Source of the DNA: Thermococcus kodakarensis KOD1
Lineage (GTDB): Archaea; Methanobacteriota_B; Thermococci; Thermococcales; Thermococcaceae
Length of the DNA: 32,000 nucleotides
Reading direction: 5' to 3'
Assembly: GCF_000009965.1 (NCBI RefSeq)
Contig: NC_006624.1
Span: 1,170,001 to 1,202,000 of the forward strand
Under the pieces are notes generated by a model. The model made no database searches and was not told the origin of the DNA. It saw nothing but the letters and a program-made list of their open reading frames with translations. How positions within the stretch are numbered: the stretch's first letter is position 1; each line of letters begins with the position of its first letter. This document shows, piece by piece, positions 11,300 to 18,899 of this stretch. Made by a program: the position numbers and the translations under genes.

Positions 11300-11655
11300 T
11301 TGGATCCCCCCAGTTTGTAAAGGAGCAGACCAAGAGTCGCGAGCAAAGCGCCGAATATGACAACCTCATTCAGTCCCGAAAAACCTCCGATTATGGCGAT
11401 GCCGAGCCCGCTTGAGACTCCAAGCCAGCCGTTCCGTGTGCGGGCATTTTTGAAGGAGTGGCCGAGAGCAATCAGGAGAGACCCAAACATCACAAGCCCT
11501 ATGTAGAGTGCGAAAAAGAAAGGATTGATCGTCGTGCAAGCCTCTCCACTGGGGAGCACCGTGCAGGCCAACCTATCTACTGGAGGCCGGATAACTGAAA
11601 GAACCAAAGCTAGAGTGTAGAGCACCCCTCCAGCCAGTTTCTCGCTGACATTCAT
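11296..11655 (-). CDS. Hypothetical membrane protein (119 aa, 4 TM)
   Basis: Start at ATG 11655 (MNVSEKLAGGVLYTLALVL..) with GGTGA inside the 3' end of the upstream XRE gene. Overlaps the ABC ATPase start by 4 nt. Confidence 0.6.
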   Translation of the reverse strand: MNVSEKLAGGVLYTLALVLSVIRPPVDRLACTVLPSGEACTTINPFFFALYIGLVMFGSLLIALGHSFKNARTRNGWLGVSSGLGIAIIGGFSGLNEVVIFGALLATLGLLLYKLGGSK

Positions 11656-11656
11656 T

Positions 11657-11854
11657 CTAATCACCTTCGTAAATGAATATGTCCTCAATATTGAGCCCAA
11701 AAAACCTTGCTATCTTAAAGGCGAGCTTGAGGGATGGGTCGTACTTTCCCTTTTCAATGGCGATTATCGTTTGTCTCGTGACGCCGAGGGCCTTTGCGAG
11801 CTCCTCCTGGGTCAGGCCCCTTTCCTCCCTCAGCTCGCGGAGGCGGTTCTTCAC
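11657..11854 (-). CDS. XRE/Cro-family helix-turn-helix transcriptional regulator (65 aa)
   Basis: LTQEELAKALGVTRQTIIAIEKGKYDPSLKLAFKIARFF is a textbook HTH_3/XRE motif. GTG start at 11854. Confidence 0.85.
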   Translation of the reverse strand: MKNRLRELREERGLTQEELAKALGVTRQTIIAIEKGKYDPSLKLAFKIARFFGLNIEDIFIYEGD

Positions 11855-12222
11855 TCACATCACCCGTTCGTACCAGTGCTGGGAGACAAGGAGCACGAAT
11901 GCACCCACGACCAGGGGGATGAGGAGCATAGTTGCTGTTCCAGTGTTCCCGTTGCTGTACTCCCAGAGGTATTCGGCAAAGAGGAGGGGCTCATCAGGGC
12001 GTAGGCGTTCCTCGTGCTCCTGGCGTTTATCATCTCAGTTCTCTCGTCCTCTATCCTCTCCACACGGGAATTGTAGTACCAGTTAAGGGCGTAGGTCAGC
12101 AGGATGCCTAGGAGGAATATCCCAACCGCAAGCAAGCCCTTCCCGGACTTCACGGAATAGGCCAAGCCGATCACAATACCGGTTACCAAAACCACGAGCA
12201 GCTCTTCGTACTTCAGCATCAC
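11855..12222 (-). pseudogene. Frameshifted membrane protein, paralog of 12219..12602 (DUF2178-like neighbour of XRE regulators)
   Basis: The track ORF 11860..12222 loses its membrane character after ..NAYALMSP. A 1-nt frame change at the C4 run (plus-strand GGGG, 11986-11989) gives ..LLFAEYLWEYSNGNTGTATMLLIPLVVGAFVLLVSQHWYERVM*. That reading ends at 11855, abuts the XRE GTG, and mirrors the paralog C-terminus ..ARAHYEEVM*. Confidence 0.6.
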
Positions 12223-12602
12223 ATCACCTCCTCGTAGTGCGCCCTCGCGAAGAGCGGGAGGAGGGCGTAGACGAACATGAAGAGGCCGCTGACAATGGAG
12301 GCACTCTTCCAGAATGGGTCGCGCTGGGAGATGATACTCGTTGAGACGAAGGTGAGGGCTATTGTAAAGCCGAGGACACGCATGCTCAGGGCGTAGCTCT
12401 TCTCACTAATGCGTTCTATTCTCTCATCAACGATTACCTCTCCGATTCTTTCGAGGTAGCGTTCGTAGGCCGTGGCAATTAGCACACCAATGAAGATGCT
12501 TCCAACACCCAGAGTCACACTGCCCCGGTTAGAGGCCGCAATGAACAGTCCGAGAACAATGGCAAATATCACTCCCCAGCCAAGCCAGTAGCGAACCTTC
12601 AT
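12219..12602 (-). CDS. Hypothetical membrane protein (4 TM), first gene of the XRE/ABC operon
   Basis: 127 aa from ATG 12602, with GGTGA 5 nt upstream. The pattern ERxxE(V/I)xxDER(I/T)E is shared with the following frameshifted gene. Confidence 0.65.
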   Translation of the reverse strand: MKVRYWLGWGVIFAIVLGLFIAASNRGSVTLGVGSIFIGVLIATAYERYLERIGEVIVDERIERISEKSYALSMRVLGFTIALTFVSTSIISQRDPFWKSASIVSGLFMFVYALLPLFARAHYEEVM

Positions 12603-12612
12603 CCACATCACC

Positions 12613-12658
12613 GATGTAAAGTTCCCTTTACGTAAAGCTTCCTTTACATCATTATAAA
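12613..12658 (-). promoter_or_regulatory. Operon promoter: TATA (TTTATAAT on minus strand, 12651-12658) followed by two tandem GTAAAG-N4-CTTTAC inverted repeats (12613-12650)
   Basis: Plus strand reads GATGTAAAG-TTCC-CTTTACGTAAAG-CTTC-CTTTACATC. The arms are perfectly palindromic and lie between the TATA box and the start codon of the operon that encodes the XRE regulator. Confidence 0.5.
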
Positions 12659-12670
12659 CTTTTCCCCAAA

Positions 12671-12680
12671 ATTTTTAAAT
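12671..12680 (+). promoter_or_regulatory. Probable native tRNA-Leu promoter TATA box (ATTTTTAAAT), now stranded at attL
   Basis: An A/T box centred about 29 nt upstream of 12705, which corresponds to tRNA position 1 in the pre-integration locus. Confidence 0.4.
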
Positions 12681-12704
12681 CCCATCGGAGAAGAGTAAGA
12701 CGGA

Positions 12705-12746
12705 GCGGGGGTTGCCGAGCCTGGTCAAAGGCGGTGGACTCAAGAT
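12705..12746 (+). repeat. attL: 42-bp direct repeat, a copy of tRNA-Leu nt 1-42
   Basis: GCGGGGGTTGCCGAGCCTGGTCAAAGGCGGTGGACTCAAGAT is identical to 31523-31564. The flanks diverge immediately on both sides. Confidence 0.9.
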
Positions 12747-13793
12747 GCTCTTCTTTCGCCAAATGAAGGCCTCTCCAGTCAGAATGACAACAAAGAAGAG
12801 CCGAACACCGATAACATTTTTACAAGAAAGGCTTTGGTGGACTCAACGGCCAAGATCCACTATGGTCGTGATAGACAGAAGTACGCTGAATGGGTGAAGA
12901 GGCGCACGCCGAGCATGGCTAAAAAGTATATCCCTCTACTGGACAAATACCTTTGGGGAAAGAAAGCTAACACTCCTGAAGAACTGAGGAAAATAATTGA
13001 GTCAATACCACCAACAAAGAAAGGCAATCCCAACCGGCACGCCTACCTCGCAATAAGGAGCTACATAAACTTCCTTGTAGATACAGGAAGAATCAGAAAG
13101 AGCGAGGCTATTGACTTCAAGGCAGTCATCCCGAACATCAAGACCAACGCAAGAGCCGAGTCGGCCAAGGTGATAACCTCCGAAGACATCAGGGAGATGT
13201 TCAGCCAGTTAAAGGGGAAGAATGAGACGATTCTGAGAGCACGAAAACTCTACCTCAAGCTTCTCGCCTTTACAGGCCTCCGCGGTGATGAGGTTAGAGA
13301 GCTGATGAACCAGTTTGATCCAAGGGTTGTCGAAGAGACCTTCAAAGCCTTTGGCCTACCCGAGGAGTGGAGGAAGAAGATAGCAGTTTACGACATGGAG
13401 AGGGTCAAACTTCCGACCAGAAGGCATGGAACTAAGAGGGGATACGTGGCGGTGTTCCCTGCGGAGCTAGTTAGAGAGCTAGAGTGGTTCGCTAGCACAG
13501 GCTATAAACTGACGGCCGATAATTCCGACAAACACAAGCTTTTCAGGGATTATACAAAGGTGAAGGACCTCGCCTTGTTGAGGAAGTTCTGGCAGAACTT
13601 CATGAACGACAACGTGATGAGCACGGTTCCAAACCCGCCGGCCGATGCTTTTCACTTGATAGAATTCCTCCAGGGAAGAGCACCAAAGACGGTTGGAGGC
13701 AGGAATTACCGCTGGAACGTCAGGAATGCGGTGAGGATCTACTACTACATGGTGGACAGATTAAAAGAAGAGCTGGGGATTTTGGAACTGTGA
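12747..13793 (+). CDS. int: SSV-type tyrosine integrase, C-terminal catalytic fragment Int(C)
   Basis: The frame is open from 12699 through attL; the track ORF starts at TTG 12834. Catalytic-type motifs are AFTGLRGDEV (Arg), HLIEFLQGR (H-x-x-R) and a C-terminal Tyr region GGRNYRWNVRNAVRIYYY. It continues the Int(N) frame across the att core. Confidence 0.85.
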   Translation, partial: ALLSPNEGLSSQNDNKEEPNTDNIFTRKALVDSTAKIHYGRDRQKYAEWVKRRTPSMAKKYIPLLDKYLWGKKANTPEELRKIIESIPPTKKGNPNRHAYLAIRSYINFLVDTGRIRKSEAIDFKAVIPNIKTNARAESAKVITSEDIREMFSQLKGKNETILRARKLYLKLLAFTGLRGDEVRELMNQFDPRVVEETFKAFGLPEEWRKKIAVYDMERVKLPTRRHGTKRGYVAVFPAELVRELEWFASTGYKLTADNSDKHKLFRDYTKVKDLALLRKFWQNFMNDNVMSTVPNPPADAFHLIEFLQGRAPKTVGGRNYRWNVRNAVRIYYYMVDRLKEELGILEL

Positions 13794-13811
13794 TAGGCAT
13801 ATTTTCCCCAA

Positions 13812-14369
13812 CTAACTCTTCTTTCTCTTTTTCTTGCATTTCTCTGCGATCTTTGGGTATGCTGAGCTTAAATAACTCTGGAATTCCCTTGCAGTCATAA
13901 CATTGAAGTAATGTTGCCGTATCTTTGCCTTACCCGTCTTACCTCCCGATACAACAAAATTTCCAAAGTGGCCGGTGTTCTGGGTGAGGAGAAACTTCGC
14001 CTTTGCAGAGTAAACAACATTGAGGAACTTAATATCCGACTCATCCTTAATAATCCTGATAACCGACTGATCCCGTGAGAAGTCCACCTTAGGCACGATC
14101 TTCTTAGAATTCCGCTGTATAAGTTCTATAAGCTCGTCAGCAAGAGCTAAGACGCCTTTTCGGTTCGTTTTTGAAGCCACTTCTATGGCAATGATGGCAA
14201 GGGTAAACTTCATTTCTTCAATAATCTCACTGGAAACGTAGTTCTCAAGGAACTTTTCCTTAAGGCACGTGAGACAGAACCAGGCTGGACTCTTTGAGGG
14301 GGATCTGGATTTAAGAGCACTCACCAAAATAGACGTATCAAATACTGTCCTGATTTTACCCCTCGGCAT
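13812..14369 (-). CDS. PIN-domain protein (VapC/PIN_3-like toxin candidate)
   Basis: 185 aa. VFDTSILVSAL near the N-terminus, then IIKDESDIKFL and LLTQNTGHF, follow the PIN acidic-residue layout, although the last position is N rather than D. KKKRKKS tail. Lies in the low-GC island. Confidence 0.6.
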   Translation of the reverse strand: MPRGKIRTVFDTSILVSALKSRSPSKSPAWFCLTCLKEKFLENYVSSEIIEEMKFTLAIIAIEVASKTNRKGVLALADELIELIQRNSKKIVPKVDFSRDQSVIRIIKDESDIKFLNVVYSAKAKFLLTQNTGHFGNFVVSGGKTGKAKIRQHYFNVMTAREFQSYLSSAYPKIAEKCKKKRKKS

Positions 14370-14372
14370 GGA

Positions 14373-14714
14373 CTACACCAGTCCGGCCTTTTTCATTTTG
14401 GCTTCAATCCGCTTAAACTTCTTGTATGACTTCCTAACTTCATCCATCAGCTCTCGAACGCTCTTTGAAGTTTTTAAGGGTTCTGGTTTTGCATTCTTGG
14501 AGAACTCGCCGGTTCCAAGTTTATCCATTACTGCTTTGACCTCGATAAACCACGCTACATCTTCAGGCTTTTCATGAATTTTATTCGCTATTAGAGTGAT
14601 GAGATCAGTTGCAACCTCCTCACCCGAGAGGAATCTAAACCTAATGCTTGTGGCCACTTTTCCCACCATCCTTACCTTTGTCTTCTTGCTCTTAAGATTA
14701 ACTCTCGACGCCAT
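14373..14714 (-). CDS. Hypothetical basic protein (113 aa), candidate partner/antitoxin of the PIN gene
   Basis: Lies immediately upstream of the PIN gene with a 3-nt gap, on the same strand and with the same low GC. No recognisable DNA-binding motif. Confidence 0.45.
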   Translation of the reverse strand: MASRVNLKSKKTKVRMVGKVATSIRFRFLSGEEVATDLITLIANKIHEKPEDVAWFIEVKAVMDKLGTGEFSKNAKPEPLKTSKSVRELMDEVRKSYKKFKRIEAKMKKAGLV

Positions 14715-14769
14715 AAGACAACCACCGAAATTTGGATATAGCGTGGATTATATTGCAAAAAAGAAAGAA

Positions 14770-15681
14770 TCACGGAAGCGGATTAAACGCTATTAACCCG
14801 TCTAGGATATAGCGTATGTAAACATCCGTTACTTCATACGAATATGACGAGTAGATATATATGTAGAATCTAAGACGTTTCTCGAACTCTGATGGGAACC
14901 ACACTAACTTAAAGACAGAAGGGACGGTAGTTGTAGAATAAAAAGCACCTGCACCTGTGAATTCAGCGTATATTCTCGTCGTTGGAGTATTCCCACCTGA
15001 CCAGTCCCTCGAAGTCCAATTAATAATTCCAGCGAGGAAAACATTGTTTGCTTCAGCTCCGGACAGAGGTACACTTACATTCCAAGTTTTACTACCCTTA
15101 CTGGTGTGGTACCATCCCACGGAAAGTAATAGTTGTGGTGCAAGAGATGAAACAATACCCTGTGTATCACTCTCTTTTTTTGTTGAATTCATTGTAAGTG
15201 TGAGATTTCCGAGTTTTCCGGTAGCAGGCTGGCCTGTACTTGTGGAAAAGCACGTATTGTCCCAGTAATCAACGATAAATGCGCTGTCGTCTGGGTAATC
15301 GCTACTAACCCATGTTAAATCTGAATTCTGGATATAATAATTAACGGTTATTTGTATTGTATCAGTCCCAAATAACCCGGTGTAATTTGAGTTTGAATAA
15401 TAGCTAACTTTAAGAGTTACTGAATCTTTCATTGTCCCAGATGGGTTAGTTCCCGGCAGTAAATTTTCAGAAACTACAAATGTAGTATTTGCGTTTATTG
15501 AGTACTGCTTTACTGTTGTCCCGTCTGCAAAAGTAAAGTTTAGATTCCCGGCGTCAATGATTTCTACCTGTGCATAAATTGTTTTTGGTTTTGGGTTTGC
15601 TATACTGAATCTAACCGGGACTTCGTATGAATCTACCTTTTCATTATGATACTTTACCATACCCGTGTTAAGCTGATACAT
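14770..15681 (-). CDS. Beta-rich, N/S/T/Y-rich protein (303 aa); candidate spike / host-recognition protein
   Basis: Start at ATG 15681, with GGTGGTGA 2 nt upstream. The composition and many N-x-S/T sequons are typical of archaeal surface-exposed proteins. It is the last gene of the structural operon. The function is inferred. Confidence 0.5.
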   Translation of the reverse strand: MYQLNTGMVKYHNEKVDSYEVPVRFSIANPKPKTIYAQVEIIDAGNLNFTFADGTTVKQYSINANTTFVVSENLLPGTNPSGTMKDSVTLKVSYYSNSNYTGLFGTDTIQITVNYYIQNSDLTWVSSDYPDDSAFIVDYWDNTCFSTSTGQPATGKLGNLTLTMNSTKKESDTQGIVSSLAPQLLLSVGWYHTSKGSKTWNVSVPLSGAEANNVFLAGIINWTSRDWSGGNTPTTRIYAEFTGAGAFYSTTTVPSVFKLVWFPSEFEKRLRFYIYIYSSYSYEVTDVYIRYILDGLIAFNPLP

Positions 15682-15853
15682 AATCACCACCCTCCCCAAT
15701 TACGAGTAGATAAAGAATAGCTCCCGAGGTCGTACCTCCTGAGGCGTTTTCAATAAACATTATCCCTGACTCTATGTTCCCGCTGGGTGTTATGCTCACT
15801 AAGTTATGTTTAAGCACACGACTTCCACCAGTCCCCTTCATTAACAAGGTCAT
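15668..15853 (-). CDS. Small hypothetical protein (61 aa)
   Basis: ATG 15853 is preceded by GAGGTGAGG. It overlaps the next gene by 14 nt and sits inside a tightly packed operon. Confidence 0.4.
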   Translation of the reverse strand: MTLLMKGTGGSRVLKHNLVSITPSGNIESGIMFIENASGGTTSGAILYLLVIGEGGDYVSA

Positions 15854-15863
15854 AATCCTCACC

Positions 15864-16205
15864 TCAAATATAGCTAATGTTTATCAAAACGCTATCCGAC
15901 GCCGTAGTCCCCGCTTTCGGCTCGATCTCGACAACAATTTTTCTAACCGGCTCTTTTGGAATCGGTTGAATAAACACCTGTCCGTTCAATCCCGGCATAA
16001 ACTTATGCTCCCAGAACGGTTTAGTATCACCGAAACGGTAGAGTCTAACGATAACATAGTCATCATTTCCGTGTGAAACCGTAATAGCGCAAAGCCTAAC
16101 CGGTGTTCCAAAATCCCATTCCTTTGAAGGCTCGTCGGCTGTGAGTTCAATCGGTATATTATCGGCGGGTTCAAAATACGCATTAACTCGGACTTCTCCC
16201 GTCAT
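15864..16205 (-). CDS. Hypothetical 113-aa beta-rich protein; candidate minor capsid/vertex protein
   Basis: Clean ORF with a 4-nt overlap with the upstream gene and an alternating beta-strand-like pattern. The functional guess rests on position only. Confidence 0.45.
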   Translation of the reverse strand: MTGEVRVNAYFEPADNIPIELTADEPSKEWDFGTPVRLCAITVSHGNDDYVIVRLYRFGDTKPFWEHKFMPGLNGQVFIQPIPKEPVRKIVVEIEPKAGTTASDSVLINISYI

Positions 16206-16717
16206 TTCTTCCTCCCCCCTATGAACAACCCGATTAGGACGATAACGACCGCTAGAATTCCCACCATCCTAACGAACTTCAGAAGTCCGTCCGTGTCCGG
16301 CTGTGTTTTCGTAGCGTTCTCGATCCTCTTGATCTCCTTCTCTTCAGGCTTTTTGGGGACAATCAGCTTATACCCGCCAACTCTTTTTGTTTCATGTTCG
16401 GTCTTTTTCGCTCCCCCTCCAGCTCCCGGAAGTGCCGTCATCTCAAAGTCAATGAGGTTCACACCCTCGACCTGTCCGCTGTCCTGTTTTGGCTGTGGTT
16501 TCGGTAATGATTCGCTCTTTGGCTTTGAGATTGGATTTAGCATAGGGGTAGGTTTGGTTTTGTCCTGCTTAGCTCTCTGTTCTCTCAACTTGGAGATTAG
16601 TCTCATCTTATCCAGCGGAATTCCCGGCTTAAATGGACGAATTACCAAGTCATCTGGCTCAAACCCGTATTTCTCTCTCGGGTCGAGCCTGATAATTCCA
16701 GGCTTGGCAAACACCAT
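16202..16717 (-). CDS. Hypothetical protein (171 aa) with Pro/Lys-rich linker and C-terminal TM anchor
   Basis: C-terminal LLKFVRMVGILAVVIVLIGLFIGGRKK; central KPKSESLPKPQPKQD linker. Confidence 0.55.
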   Translation of the reverse strand: MVFAKPGIIRLDPREKYGFEPDDLVIRPFKPGIPLDKMRLISKLREQRAKQDKTKPTPMLNPISKPKSESLPKPQPKQDSGQVEGVNLIDFEMTALPGAGGGAKKTEHETKRVGGYKLIVPKKPEEKEIKRIENATKTQPDTDGLLKFVRMVGILAVVIVLIGLFIGGRKK

Positions 16718-16723
16718 CTTTTA

Positions 16724-16996
16724 TCACCCCTTAACTTCCTCCATAGCTTTCTTTATCCTCCTTCTAATCCTCTGAAGCGTTGAATTAGACAAATGGCGAA
16801 TCTTTGAATTGTTCTTCTTAAACGAAAGCCTGTACAGTAAAAGCAACCTTCCCCGTGCCGTCTTCCCCGTAATCCTCCCCGCCTTGTAATCACGTAGAAT
16901 GGCCTTGATAATGTCGTAAAACTCCCGTGCGCTGTCTAACCCCTTCTGTCCCCTGTCCTTAACACGCCTTCCCAGATACTTATATTTCGCCGTCAT
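16724..16996 (-). CDS. Hypothetical highly basic helical protein (90 aa), possible DNA-binding
   Basis: Arg/Lys-rich (..RIRRRIKKAMEEVKG). Overlaps the upstream gene by 4 nt. Confidence 0.5.
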   Translation of the reverse strand: MTAKYKYLGRRVKDRGQKGLDSAREFYDIIKAILRDYKAGRITGKTARGRLLLLYRLSFKKNNSKIRHLSNSTLQRIRRRIKKAMEEVKG

Positions 16997-17193
16997 ATCC
17001 TCACACTCCCGTTAAGCTTCCCCTCGATTCTCGAAAGCCTATTTTCGTGATTGTAAAGACGCTTCTCCATCTCGTCTAACTTCTTTGAAATAATGCTCAA
17101 CTGCTTCTGATTGACTTTAGAGGTTACGTAAGCTGTTGAAATAGCAGTAAACAACGCCGTAACCCCAGCGCTGAGAATCTCATACTCCAGCAT
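16993..17193 (-). CDS. Small membrane protein (66 aa): N-terminal TM plus coiled coil
   Basis: ILSAGVTALFTAISTAYVTS followed by KKLDEMEKRLYNHENRLSRIEGKL. Confidence 0.5.
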   Translation of the reverse strand: MLEYEILSAGVTALFTAISTAYVTSKVNQKQLSIISKKLDEMEKRLYNHENRLSRIEGKLNGSVRI

Positions 17194-17194
17194 C

Positions 17195-17299
17195 TCACCT
17201 CACCCTGTCTAGCCACTTTTTGAACTGGATTTGAAAAGCGACCCACAACACAAAAAGGATAAGCGCCTGAACTATCGTGTCCTTATCCAGCTTCATCAT
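17195..17299 (-). CDS. 34-aa single-TM peptide (below ORF-track cutoff)
   Basis: Own translation: MMKLDKDTIVQALILFVLWVAFQIQFKKWLDRVR*. GAGGTGGTGA lies directly upstream, and the stop is 1 nt before the next ATG. Confidence 0.4.
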   Translation of the reverse strand: MMKLDKDTIVQALILFVLWVAFQIQFKKWLDRVR

Positions 17300-17309
17300 T
17301 CACCACCTC

Positions 17310-18182
17310 TCAAATTGGAATCGCTATTGGTTCGGGAGTGCGGGGTTTCGGAAGAGGAATCGGCTTTGGAAGGTCTTTGCGCTTTGGTATAACCTCCGTA
17401 CGACCTCCAGTTATCCAGTCGTTCAGCTTCCTGTAAAGCTCGTCATCAGCTTCATAGGGTTTCAAATGGTCAGGAACGTCCGGCTTCCAAACGTCCAGCG
17501 TTGGCGTTGCCTTCTCGGGGTTCTGCTTCTCCCACTCCCTCTTCTTCCGCTCAAGCTCCCGACCATACTTAACTAACTGGTCGAGAGTCATAGCGTTCGG
17601 GTCTTTCCCCTCCGCTTTCAGCGCCGCCTTAACACCCTCCAACCATGCCTTAAAGTTCGCATAACTCACGAAACCATACTTATGCGCTAAAGCGTCTTCC
17701 CTCGTTGCATAACCTCCCCAAGGGTCTTTCACCATGTTGTTTACGTCCGTCTCAGTGTAGTACCCTCCGTGAAAAGTCTTAGACTCCCCCGGTTTTACCT
17801 GCTGGCCATACCTCCCCAGAACTGGATTATTCGGGTTCACCGGCGGTGCAGTCCCCGGCGTCCACTCATCCCCACCATAGTGTAATATGTTCATAGCCTC
17901 ATTATATTCTGGAGAGTCCGTTTTACCCTCCAGCACTCCTTTTATAATCGTCTTTGTTGCCTCAACGTTCGTTTTTGCCTTTTCTGAGAAATCAGAAGGG
18001 TTCAAGTACTCCCCAGCCTGTTTTAGCTTTTTCTCTATCTTCTCTCCCCAGTCCTTGAACATCCCGAACAGTTTATAGAGAGTGTAGATTATCATAATGA
18101 ACGCTAAGAAGTAAAGGATTATTTGAAGAATTGACCCGATGTTATCCCTGTTCTTTACCATCACGACCGCTGGAACTGTCAT
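17310..18182 (-). CDS. Hypothetical membrane-anchored protein (290 aa), N-terminal TM, Pro-rich C-terminus
   Basis: ATG 18182 is preceded by GAGGTGA. TM segment IGSILQIILYFLAFIMIIYTLY. No family recognised. Confidence 0.6.
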   Translation of the reverse strand: MTVPAVVMVKNRDNIGSILQIILYFLAFIMIIYTLYKLFGMFKDWGEKIEKKLKQAGEYLNPSDFSEKAKTNVEATKTIIKGVLEGKTDSPEYNEAMNILHYGGDEWTPGTAPPVNPNNPVLGRYGQQVKPGESKTFHGGYYTETDVNNMVKDPWGGYATREDALAHKYGFVSYANFKAWLEGVKAALKAEGKDPNAMTLDQLVKYGRELERKKREWEKQNPEKATPTLDVWKPDVPDHLKPYEADDELYRKLNDWITGGRTEVIPKRKDLPKPIPLPKPRTPEPIAIPI

Positions 18183-18187
18183 TCCCC

Positions 18188-18835
18188 TCACCTCTTCCTC
18201 GTGAAGTAATAGAGAACCCCAGCGCCGACCAAAAGGCCGAGAACCAAAAGACCCTTGTTAATACCCCTCTTTGTGGGTTCAACGCTGGTGGCCTTAATCA
18301 CCGGTTCAGGCTGTGGCTTTGGAACACTCACCGGCTTAATCGGTGGCTTTTCGGGTGGCTTAGGTGCTGGAACGGTCTTAATCCCGGTATTCATCTCAAG
18401 CTTTGGCTTTAACTGTCCATTCTCGACAACCCAGCCTTTTTCATTCCGCACGACAAGGCTCTTTTTAAGGCTCTCAAGCTGTCTCTGAATATCACCCTCG
18501 AAAGGCGCTCCCTTGAACTCCTTAGCCTCGAACATCTTTGTAGCAAGAACCTCAACGTCGTGGAATTTTGGGTCGTACTTTGTAGAACCTGTTAGCTTTT
18601 TCCTCAACTTCATTATAAGCTCCGGCTGGGATTTGGACTCAGAAACGAGCCTCTTTAATTCATCCTCAGAGAGGCCATACTTCCTTAGAACATCGTTCAC
18701 GTCCGGTGGCTTTATGTCCGCTTTCCCGTACTTCTTGAGAAGGCGATTCCTAACCTCTTCAAACTCCCGACCATCTTTAACCGTATAAACGGCTTTGTGG
18801 CCGCCTCCAATATCAAAAGTTACGACCTGAACCAT
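18188..18835 (-). CDS. Hypothetical protein (215 aa) with Pro-rich linker and C-terminal TM anchor
   Basis: ATG 18835 is preceded by GAGGTGG. C-terminal GLLVLGLLVGAGVLYYFTRKR. Confidence 0.6.
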   Translation of the reverse strand: MVQVVTFDIGGGHKAVYTVKDGREFEEVRNRLLKKYGKADIKPPDVNDVLRKYGLSEDELKRLVSESKSQPELIMKLRKKLTGSTKYDPKFHDVEVLATKMFEAKEFKGAPFEGDIQRQLESLKKSLVVRNEKGWVVENGQLKPKLEMNTGIKTVPAPKPPEKPPIKPVSVPKPQPEPVIKATSVEPTKRGINKGLLVLGLLVGAGVLYYFTRKR

Positions 18836-18899
18836 TTTACCCACCTCGTTAAGTTCTCAGAGAATAGAGAGAAAAGAAAGACTGATTTAAGCCTCTGAT

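Noticed and set aside
12712-12897. ORFs reading through the att core or the tRNA (12712..12897 plus strand, 31521..31898 plus strand, 31485..31706 minus strand)
   Set aside because: Both plus-strand ORFs start with MPSLVKGGGLK / MRGLPSLVKGGGLK because they translate the tRNA-derived repeat in a frame different from the integrase frame. The repeat is explained by attL/attR and the tRNA.
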